64,000 nt of DNA, taken from the NCBI GenBank assembly GCA_043228905.1, contig JBHGNT010000012.1, positions 10,416,001 through 10,480,000 on the forward strand. The letters are read 5' to 3'. The position numbers were made by a program, and so were the translations under genes. Below, piece after piece: positions 38,446-48,523 of the stretch (within the stretch, counting starts at the first letter, position 1; each line of letters begins with the position of its first letter). The notes under the pieces were generated by a model that saw nothing but the letters and a program-made list of their open reading frames with translations, was not told where the DNA came from and did not search any database. The stretch is from Azolla caroliniana (lineage: Eukaryota > Plantae > Polypodiophyta).

Positions 38446-39993
38446 ATTTGGGTCGTCAAAAAAACGTTGTATGTATGTATTTTCCTTTTGTTGATTTTGT
38501 GAGTTGTGTGTCGATCGCGTCCCTTTCTTTTAAGTTGATGAGTTTTCAAAATTTCGTAGGTGCCCTTTGATTTTTAAAAATTTTATTATATACCCTCGAG
38601 TTTTGAAAATTTCATTCAGTATCCCCAACTTTCTGAAATTTTAGGCTGCTACCCTCAACATTTTAAAATTTCTTCGCATGCCCCTTATCATTCTCTTTTT
38701 CCCTCTTTTTTCTTTTCTTGTTTCCTTCTTTTTTTCTCTTGCTTCTTGTTTTCTTCTTCTTCAACGTCGTTTCCTCTATGTTTTCTTTTTCTTCTTCCCT
38801 TTCTCTTTTTCTTTCCTTCATCTCCGTTTTTTGTTTTTTCTTCCTTCTTTCACCACCGTTATGTCCATTGTCCATGGTTATCACGCTCTATTCTTGTCTG
38901 TCGCTGTGTCTGTACGGCCTTCTCTGTTCATCTCCGTCTCTGTCTCTGTTTTCGTTTTTGTTTCCATCTCTGGCTCCGTCGTTGTCACCGTCACCGTCGT
39001 CATCACCATCACCATCCGTCGTCGTTATCTGTCCGTCATTGTCGTCTGTCGGTTCCTCCTCGTCCAGCATTGTCTGTCTGTGTCACTGACTCTGTCCGGT
39101 CCGTCTGTCCGAACTAGCCGTTATTGTCTTTCCGGCCCTCCAGCCACTGTTCGGTTGTTCGGCCCGTCGTTTCAACGTTGTCGTGCCTTTCGGCTCCGGA
39201 TCGTTGCGTGAGTCGGGTGGGAACCACAGAGGTCTTGGACTAGGAGAAAGAAGTTCGTGAGATAGAGATTAATTATGAATAAATAGCGAAGAGAAAGATA
39301 AGAAACTCGTGAATCACACGAGTATACTATATTAATCGGTACTTAGGGTGTTAAGAGAGAAGTAGATGTATAAATCGTGAATCCCACGAATAATTTTTGT
39401 ATTGATTAATACTTAATCCAAATAATCAACAACAACTACAATGTGCTCCCCATCCTTATATAGTGATGGGAGAGACTAAGCATAGCTACATGCTTTTTCT
39501 CATATGTTCATGCACACTAAATGTGCATGTGATGCTTTTTTTTTTATTTCCTAAGTATAGGGCTCATGCACGCTAGATGTGCATGAGTTATTTTTAGTGT
39601 CTCGTGTTTTTTCTTTTTCATATATTAAAGAAATACACGATTTACCTTTTAATAAAGGTATGCATAAATAAAGGTCTTATACATATTAAATCTATATTTA
39701 AAACACTTAAGATAATTTAATGTAATGGTAAGGTTGGGGTTTGTCAACGTGGAGGTGCAGAGTTCGAATCACGCCCTACGCAGTAGTGAGTATTTCTTTT
39801 TTTTACATTTATGTCTCTTTATCCGGCTCTTCCTTGCCGGTATGCCGTTTTCCTCCTTGCCGGTATGCCGTTTTTCCTCCTTGCCGGTATGCCGTTTTCC
39901 TCCTTGCCGGTATGCCGTTTTCTTCCGGTTCTCACCGAGCACTCCATTCTCTATCCGGAGGGACAAAAATATAATTTCCACATAGTGTGCAAC

Positions 39994-42900
39994 CTACACT
40001 ACGACACTCGCCCCCTCCAAACCCGCACATCCTCCGGTATGTGCCGAAGTTCTTGATTCTTCGTATCCGTCTTCATCCGAAGCTTCCTCCGATTCTCCCC
40101 TTATGTCGACTATGAGTTGTAATCCACTTTCTTCGCTTCCCGCATCATTGTGGTCTTCGTCTGATTGCTCCTCGTTGTCGGCCTCGACTTGGATCACATA
40201 AGGTTTGTCGTCGGTCCGCTTCTTGAAAATCTTCACCCGCTTCCCGGCTATAGGCACTCGCAGTATTGTTCCATCCAACTCGGACAGTCGGTACGTCCCG
40301 TTGTCGAAGACCTTCCAAACCTCGTACGGCCCGAACCACCTTTTCGCGAATTTCCGCATCGTTGTATGTTGATGGTCCAAGCTACTATCATAGACGATCA
40401 CCCAATCTCCTTCTTCAATCCTCCTCGGTCGTAGTCGGTGCTTTGTGTCGAACCGACGTTTTGTTCTGGAACCGTGCTTCTTGTTGTCGGCGTGACGCTT
40501 CCGCTACATCTTTCGGTCTTCCCTCCAGTTGTCGTATCCGGACCGCTAGTAGTTCTTCCCGGCTCATCTCTTCCTTCCACGGTAGTATTGTCCATGTCGC
40601 GATTGCGGTTTCCGTTGGCATTACCGGTGCTTGTCCGGTCATGAGTTCTGCCGGCATGTAACCGGTCACGGAGCTATGCGTCGTCCGATCCGCCCATAGT
40701 GCATACGGAAGCATTTGTGGCCAATCCTTCACCCTTCCGTCGCATGCCTTCGCAAGTGCTTTCACGATCGGACTATGTCCTCGTTCGATCTTCCCGTTGG
40801 CCTCCGGATTGTAGGCCGTTGTCAACGTTAACCGAACTCCATGTTTGGCGAAGAATCCCCTAGCTTTGTCCGAGTCGAGTTCTCCCCGGTCCGCAATCAC
40901 TTGTCCTACGCAGCCGTACCTACAAAACACTTCTTCCAAAAGAAATTGGCACACCGTGTGCACGTTTTCCTCCGAAGCGCTCGACCTTCAACTTGGTTTG
41001 TGAGATCTTCTCGAGCTAACACCAAGTATTTCTTTTGTCCAATCCCGGTCGGCATAGCTACAATGTCGACCATCCACTTGAAGTTGATTGACGGTGAGAA
41101 TGTCGGATGCAACTCATCTCGGTGTCGGACCCCGGAGTAGACTTGACATTTCTCGCAGCTTTCTGTGAACTCCGCGACATCTTTATACATGTTCTTCCAC
41201 CAATATCTTTGCTTGATTTTCACAAAAGTTGCCCATGTTCCTCGATGTCCAGCCCAATCGGATTCGTGGAACTCGGACATTATCCGGTTTCGTTGCTCTT
41301 TCGTCCCGACTACTCGAAGTGGTATCCCATCCGGTCTTTTCGGCGTCCTCCATATTAAACCGTTTTCCAAGAAGAACTTTTGGACTTGCCTCTTCTTCCT
41401 TCGGATCTCGGCTCTCCTTTCTTTATCATTGGTTGAATCCTCGACCTCTTGTAGCATCTTCCCGATCATCAAGGTTTCCCCCTCGTATTCTTCTTCCCGG
41501 AATTCTCGGATCACGTTCACTCGGCATATGTGTTCTGACGTGAAGTAGTCTTCGGAAACTTCTTCATTATCTGATTCGGTTATGTCGTCTTCAAACCGCG
41601 CCCTCGATAACATGTCCGCTACCGCGTTGTCCTTCCCCGAGATGTGTCGAACCTCCGGATTAAGTGACTTGACATATGCAATCCACCTTAGCATAGCCAC
41701 ATCCGGTATCGTACAACACCGCATCATCCCGAGTATCGGAAGACAATCCGTCTCGATCACCACTTCAGCTCCGATCAAATAATCCCGATCCGATTTTATC
41801 GCCGACATGACTCCCCACAATTCTCTTTTGACTTGTGCATATCCGCGTTGCCTTTCGTTGAGGACCTTTGCTCCAAATCGGATCGGATACCGCGAACCAT
41901 CCGAGTCGGCTTGATTGATGACCCACCCGATACCGGTTGGACTTGTATCAACCGTTACTATGATTGGCCGCTCGTAGCTTGGCTTCTTAAGTGATTCCGC
42001 CCTCCATAGTGTCTTCTTGAGCTTCCTCATGGCTTTAGTGTGTTCCGGTTTCCACTCGAATTTCTTACCTTTCCGCAACAAGTGATAGAGCGGGTCCGCT
42101 ATATGTGCATAGTGCGGAATCCATATGTGATAGAATGCACACGCACCCAGAAACCTTCGGACTTCCGATGTTGACTCACATACTTCCTTCATAGCTTGAA
42201 TCGCATCGATCTTTGTTGGTGACGGTCTTCGGCCGTAGGGTCCACATAGATGTCCGACCACCAATATTTCTTCTTGCCCGAATGCCGATTTCTCCCCGGA
42301 AAGTGTTAGGTGCACATCTTCTAGCTTTCGCAACACTTTCTCGCAATCATGAATATGGTCGACCACGAACTTTCGGCATCCCCGATCATCCATAGTCTCA
42401 TCTTTTTCTTCCACCGCGCATCCTTTCATCGGAATGTCATCTAGAAACGGCATCGTTATCTCCGGAATGCAATCTCGAAGCACCTTGTTCATCGCATTCA
42501 TCATATGTGCAACCGAGTTTGTCGCTCCTTGTGGTAGTGTGCACATTCGAACTAGTCCTATCGGTGTCCGCATGGTAGTGATGTCTCGGCTCTCCACGGC
42601 TAGTTGGAATTGGTCATACCCCGAGTATAGGTCCCCGATGGAGTATATCGCACGTCCGGCAAAAGCTTCCGCGAATTCGTCCACTATCGGACCGACTCCC
42701 GAGTTCCGGATCGTGACCTTGTTCACCGGTTGCAAGTCTTGGATGAATCGGAGTGACCCATTCTTCTTCGGAACCGTAAACCATCGATTTGAGTACGGAG
42801 CACTTGATGGCTCTAGAATCCCCATCGCCACCTTCTCCTTGAGCAAGTCGATGACTTTCGGAATATGTGCCCGTGGCACCGGAATCGGCTTCAGGTTCCA

Positions 42901-43602
42901 CGGTACATGATCAATCGTGAAAATCACCATCGGCTCCACTATCTTTGGATCAATGCATCCGATCTCCCTCGATGTGAACGCGAATGCTTTGCCATGTTGC
43001 TCCAACATCTCTCGAAACCGTTTTTCTTCTTCTTGTAAGAGGAACCCACCTCCACCGATCCGAAGTTTCTTCCGGGTCTCATCTGTGAAGGCATGTCCGA
43101 TATCCACGGACTTCCGAAGTGTCGGATCTCCCGAGACTTCTTTCTTCTTTTGTTCGCTATCGGCGGGTAGTGGTCCCGCGGCCGGTTTCACCTTCTTCTC
43201 CACGGTCTTGTATTTCGTACTTACCATTGCTTCTTCTTTGCGGAGCGCATCCGGCCCCATTTTCGCAACGATCTCGTACATCTCGACCGATTCCACCAGG
43301 ACTACCCGGTTCCCTTGGCTTTTATCTTCCGCAAGCTCTTCAAGCCGTTGTAGTGTATTCCCATAGAACACTTCCTCGATCACTCCCACGATTTCTTCGT
43401 CTTCTTTTATTATTGATGCCGACCGTAACTTATCCTCCACTTGTCGGTATTGTTTCTTCATTCCTCCGGTTACGGCCGTGTACGTAGATGCCCCATCCGG
43501 GCCGATTCGTACTTGTTTTGCTCCGAGAGTTTTCTTCCTGTGTGGGGTATCAGGGCTTCTCGGACTATCACTTCCCCACTCCGCAACAGTCCTCTTTAAA
43601 AA
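39994..43602 (-). pseudogene. pol (RT-RNaseH-integrase) of A2; open except for two 1-bp indels in integrase
   Basis: ORF 40906-43461 (QGATNS, FLDD, TVDTS, HESDWAGH..CEKC) continues in 40415-40963 and 39994-40401. The frame is open upstream to 43602. No chromodomain. Confidence 0.88.
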
Positions 43603-45635
43603 TCAATTCTCACTTGGGACAAGAGTTCCCTCTTGTTCCTTTCGTGATTTGCCGGCACTGTTAGGAATTGGACGGATTTCCCTCCGTTTTGGCTCCGAAT
43701 TCGCGCAAAAGCCGCACCACTATCGAGCACCTTCGTCTCCATCCGTGAAGCCGTGATAAAGGGTTGGCCGAGGATGACAGAATGTGAAACCTCATCCTGC
43801 ACAAAGAAATTTTGGTCAATTTCGACATCCCCGATCTTTACCGTCACATCCGGACAAGCCGCAAATAGGTCTTCTGTCGTTTTCGTGGCTGCCCGAATCT
43901 TCCATCCATGGTTGGTATTTATAGGCCACTTCCCCTTTCGGTAGAACTCCTTGGACATCAAGTTGATCTCCGATCCGTGATCAATCAATGCTAGCACGGG
44001 TTCTTTGATGTTGCCGATTCGGACCGGAGTCTCCGTAGTCGCACGTGCCCAGTGTGGCCTTGTATAGTGGGAGTTCGGAATTTCGCCTTCCACTTCGGTG
44101 TCGTTCATTGAAACGGTATTTGCATTCACCCTTGGAGCATTTTCCTCCGTACTTTGTCTCTTCCTTTTCACAAGATCCACGAGAAGATCGTGAAACTCCT
44201 TCTTCGCTATTCCGAGTAGTTCCCGCAGCGAAAAATCGACCCGGCTATCCAAGATTCTTTCCTCGAACACTCTTTTCAAGTCGGTTTGTTGTTCTATGTC
44301 CGAGGCGAGCTTGAATGCCGGAGTCGCCTTTTCTTTTCCCTTACCTCCGGAGTTCCAGCTTTCCGATATCTTCGATGGTCCGGCCGCATCCTCCGTGCGC
44401 CGTCGTTTCTCGTCCACATACACCTCATGTAATTGACACAGGGCGTATATGCTATTCTTGTCGACAGGGCACTCCCATCCCGTAGCTTCCCGGACGCCTT
44501 CCGCGGTGTTTCGGATATCGTTGGAGTCGGTTTTCTCGGTGTTTCCTAGCACCTCCGGCCAGAAAGACGCCTTCGCTCCCGTTGACTCCCCGACACATAT
44601 TCCCGCGGTTGTCGCATAGTTGCTTCTTGCCGCTAACTCCTCCTCGAGCACCTTCTTCATGCCGCCTTTCCGGAAGTTCGGTCGGAGTGGCTTCCGAGAG
44701 TCCATCGAATGAATCCGATTTCCCTCGTAGTAGATGAGATCCCGTCGTAGCGCCTCCTTATGGTCGTCGCAATCCCTCCGATCGTGTTCGGCGCTATCGC
44801 ACCATATGCACCGTCGATCCGTATATTTGGAGCTTGTGGGGCGGTCATCCGACTTCTTCACCATCGCGATCTTTAGATTCTCCATCTCCTTCAGCAGCTG
44901 CTCCAACGTAGACGCGTCGACTCCCTTCTCGGCCGTAATCTCCCGAGCCCTCGGTTGATGGTCTTCCAGTCCCGTTCTCGGTTTCGGAATCGGTTCCGAA
45001 ACCCTCTTTTCTTCGTTGGCAAGCCATTGCCCCCTCTTCGTGTACCGCGCGACGATATCCCGCACGCTTTCCCATGTTTCGGTGAGGCCGCTTTCGGTGG
45101 TCGTGTCCTCAAGAAGCACTCCGAGATCTTTCCGGTCCCGGACGTCCACAGCTCGCAAAAACATGATGACTTTGTCCGGTGCAAGAATAGTTTGATCTCT
45201 CGCGGACAACCTCCCGAACCGACTTTCGAATGTCGAAAACACTTCGAGGACCTTCAGCCCCTTACCTGACGTTTCCACCCAATCCTCGAATCCCCTCCGC
45301 GTTGCCTTGGAGGAGTCCTCGATGGCAAACGTGGTCTTTAACGCCTCTTCGAATGCTTCCCACGTCGGATTTTGTTGTTGCAACCCGTGGATACTCCCTT
45401 GAAGCCCGTCGGTCGCCACCCGGTTAAAGGATGTCACTTGCAGTCCTTCCGAAGCCCGGCACTGGAGCATCTCCGCCTTGTAGTCCTGCAAATATCGCGA
45501 CACATCCTTACCATTAAATTGCCCGTTGCGTTGCACGAGCCGCTCTACTGATGCCGAAATCTCCGACATCGTGCGTTGTTCTTGAAGCATCCGTTCGAAC
45601 ATCGCCATCATATTGTTAGCTTGTTGAGCCTCCAT
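43596..45635 (-). CDS. Gag-protease ORF1 of A2
   Basis: Uninterrupted ORF from ATG 45635, with Zn knuckle CIWCDSAEHDRRDC and aspartic protease LIDHGSEINLM...ILGQPF. Confidence 0.88.
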   Translation of the reverse strand: MEAQQANNMMAMFERMLQEQRTMSEISASVERLVQRNGQFNGKDVSRYLQDYKAEMLQCRASEGLQVTSFNRVATDGLQGSIHGLQQQNPTWEAFEEALKTTFAIEDSSKATRRGFEDWVETSGKGLKVLEVFSTFESRFGRLSARDQTILAPDKVIMFLRAVDVRDRKDLGVLLEDTTTESGLTETWESVRDIVARYTKRGQWLANEEKRVSEPIPKPRTGLEDHQPRAREITAEKGVDASTLEQLLKEMENLKIAMVKKSDDRPTSSKYTDRRCIWCDSAEHDRRDCDDHKEALRRDLIYYEGNRIHSMDSRKPLRPNFRKGGMKKVLEEELAARSNYATTAGICVGESTGAKASFWPEVLGNTEKTDSNDIRNTAEGVREATGWECPVDKNSIYALCQLHEVYVDEKRRRTEDAAGPSKISESWNSGGKGKEKATPAFKLASDIEQQTDLKRVFEERILDSRVDFSLRELLGIAKKEFHDLLVDLVKRKRQSTEENAPRVNANTVSMNDTEVEGEIPNSHYTRPHWARATTETPVRIGNIKEPVLALIDHGSEINLMSKEFYRKGKWPINTNHGWKIRAATKTTEDLFAACPDVTVKIGDVEIDQNFFVQDEVSHSVILGQPFITASRMETKVLDSGAAFARIRSQNGGKSVQFLTVPANHERNKRELLSQVRIDF

Positions 45636-45651
45636 CTCCTTGCCACCCGTC

Positions 45652-45669
45652 TTCACGTCGGGTTCACCA
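45652..45669 (-). promoter_or_regulatory. 18-nt PBS complementary to tRNA-Trp
   Basis: TGGTGAACCCGACGTGAA, 4 nt from the LTR; the same PBS occurs in C and T. Confidence 0.88.
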
Positions 45670-48007
45670 ACTGTGTCGTGCCTTTCGGCTCCGGATCGTT
45701 GCGTGAGTCGGGTGGGAACCACAGAGGTCTTGGACTAGGAGAAAGAAGTTCGTGAGATAGAGATTAATTATGAATAAATAGCGAAGAGAAAGATAAGAAA
45801 CTCGTGAATCACACGAGTATACTATATTAATCGGTACTTAGGGTGTTAAGAGAGAAGTAGATGTATAAATCGTGAATCCCACGAATAATTTTTGTATTGA
45901 TTAATACTTAATCCAAATAATCAACAACAACTACAATGTGCTCCCCATCCTTATATAGTGATGGGAGAGACTAAGCATAGCTACATGCTTTTTCTCATAT
46001 GTTCATGCACACTAAATGTGCATGTGATGCTTTTTTTTTTATTTCCTAAGTATAGGGCTCATGCACGCTAGATGTGCATGAGTTATTTTTAGTGTCTCGT
46101 GTTTTTTCTTTTTCATATATTAAAGAAATACACGATTTACCTTTTAATAAAGGTATGCATAAATAAAGGTCTTATACATATTAAATCTATATTTAAAACA
46201 CTTAAGATAATTTAATGTAATGGTAAGGTTGGGGTTTGTCAACGTGGAGGTGCAGAGTTCGAATCACGCCCTACGCAGTAGTGAGTATTTCTTTTTTTTA
46301 CATTTATGTCTCTTTATCCGGCTCTTCCTTGCCGGTATGCCGTTTTCCTCCTTGCCGGTATGCCGTTTTTCCTCCTTGCCGGTATGCCATTTTCCTCCTT
46401 GCCGGTATGCCGTTTTCTTCCGGTTCTCACCGAGCACTCCATTCTCTATCCGGAGGGACAAAAATATAATTTCCACATAGTGTGCAACCTACACTACGAC
46501 AACGTCATCGTCGTTCCGGTCGTCGGCTGTCCGGCCATTCCTATCGCTTTTCGGCGTGGTGTCGCCGTTCTAGTTGTTGTCCAACCGTTCCAGCTGTCTG
46601 TCCAGTCGCTGATTTTTGTTGCCGCCGGTTGTCTGTGTCCGACCCTATCTCCCGGTCCTCCATTCGTTTGTCTGGCTCGTCCGGTCCGTCCATCTTCGTC
46701 ATTAATTTTTCGCCGCCACCGCTGATTATTTGTCGCCACTCCGGTCGTTGTTCAGCTACTGTCCCAGCCATTTGTCCGTTGTCTTCCGGTCGTGCGTTCG
46801 GACCGTCCTCCCGGCCAACTGTCTGCTTCCCCGGCCTTGTCCGACCCTCCGTCCGCTCCGGCTGCTACAACCATTGTCCGGCTATTCCGATCGGTTTCTA
46901 ACCCTTCCGACCGCTCTTTCCGCTCTTCGGCTGATATTTGGCCGTTGTTCCTGTTGCTATCTAGCCCCCTCTCTAGTCGAAACTCTCCTGATGCGACCGC
47001 TGCTTTGTCGGGTTTTGTGGTCGTCTCCGTCGGCCGGCCGTCATCAAGCGTCGTCATCTGGTTGTCGTATCGGCATTTGTCCGGTCATTGGCTGTTGTTT
47101 AGCCACTATTCGACCACTCCAACCGCTCCAACTGTTGTCTAGCTGCTCTTCAGCCATTGTTCGGCCATTCCGGCCGCTCCGACTGCTGGTTCATTTTTCT
47201 AGCCATTGGTCATTCTTTCCACTGCCCTTTCTCTTTGTCACCGTCATCTCTGGCAGACCCTTCATTTTTCCGTCTTGTTGTCTGGTCCTCCTTGTTCTTC
47301 TTTGGTGTTCTCCCGTATCCTTCTATTTGTTGTTGATGATTTTAGCAATGGTGACCCTAATGATTATGATTACAACGAAGAATGATGACCCTAATGATGA
47401 TGATTACAACGAAGAATGAGTGCACATTCTAATTCCTTCATATGCATCATCTTGGAGATCATGGTTTATGAACAAACCATGCTTATTATGAGTGCCACCA
47501 TGATATGAATCATGCTCACATGCGTTATGGCGGTTAATGTAGGTGTTAGTATCAGGGTTAGTATAAGGGCCAGAGGCACGCACTTAGGGTTAGTACACAA
47601 AGAGTTTGGGCTAAACTTATAAGGCCCATGGGTTGTAGGAGAAACTAGGGCTAGGGTATCTAGTGCAAGGAATGGTAGAGGAGTTAGGGTTAGGAAAACA
47701 GGAACAGAAACTAGGGTTAGGGTTACAGGAGTAGTGATTATCCAAAGACCAAAAATGATGATAATGCTCGGAGACATCATCAATCTACCATTTTCATGAT
47801 TTCTCGCACATTTCTTGTACATTGTCGGTTTGATTTCTTGCTCTCTCGCACATACTTCTACCGGATATCATTCTGTGAGTTCCTCTTGCACATCATACTG
47901 CCGCGGATAATTCGTCAACACCATCTCCAAAGGGGTCGGCTTAATGGTCGCCAAAAGGGGGACCGGCTTGGTGGGACAAATGGGCAAAACACACAGCCGA
48001 GCTCTAG

Positions 48008-48523
48008 TTGCTAAGGGCGGACGCGGAAAACCGGCAGAAGGATGGCGACGACTGTTACATGCTAACAAAGGAGGACTTCACCGCCGTAAGAGATGAGTTA
48101 GCCGAAGATTTTGTAACTCTGGCGGAGGAACAATCAGTAGTGGTCTGGCAACTGGTAGCACAGCTAGACGATGATCGATTGGATGCTCAAATCCAGTTTG
48201 AAAGCTATAAGCGGACCAGGCTACGGAAAGAAGACGCAAAGCAGGTGGCGACCATCAACCTTAGCGATGAGGAGCCATCGTCGGAGCAAGGACCGGACGG
48301 AGACAAGGCTGGGGCGAGTCCACCAGAGTCAAATCCGGCAGAGCAGCTAACAGAGGAATCACCGCCACAACCGCCGGTACCGGGACCCGAACAGATGCCA
48401 TCTAAGGAGCAACAGTCAGAGGAGCCAAAGCCATAACAGCAACAGCCACAACAACAACAGATTTCCGAAGAACCATTGGATACCGTGGAGCAGAGTATTC
48501 TGGATATCTTGGACGAAGGCTAA
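48008..48523 (+). pseudogene. Orphan acidic/Gln-Pro-rich ORF remnant near the right LTR of G
   Basis: 142-codon open stretch that continues in frame past one stop as QQPQQQQISEEP...DEG*; no recognisable domain. Confidence 0.4.

Larger units (their letters stand above)
39179..46501 (-). mobile_element. Young, near-intact non-chromoviral Ty3/gypsy element A2, tRNA-Trp primed, 4-bp TSD
   Basis: 828-bp LTRs 39179-40006 and 45674-46501, in which I found only one substitution. TSD acgt/acgt. PBS 45652-45669. PPT revcomp at ~40007-40022. Confidence 0.96.

Noticed and set aside
38663-39211. Several overlapping ORFs, likewise 46482-47822
   Set aside because: Low-complexity CT/CCGT-rich sequence lacking stops in many frames, with no domain signal.
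47944-47956. Inverted 12-nt copy of G's left PBS (ttttggcgacca)
   Set aside because: Too short and not extendable by eye; worth rechecking only if conserved in other G copies.
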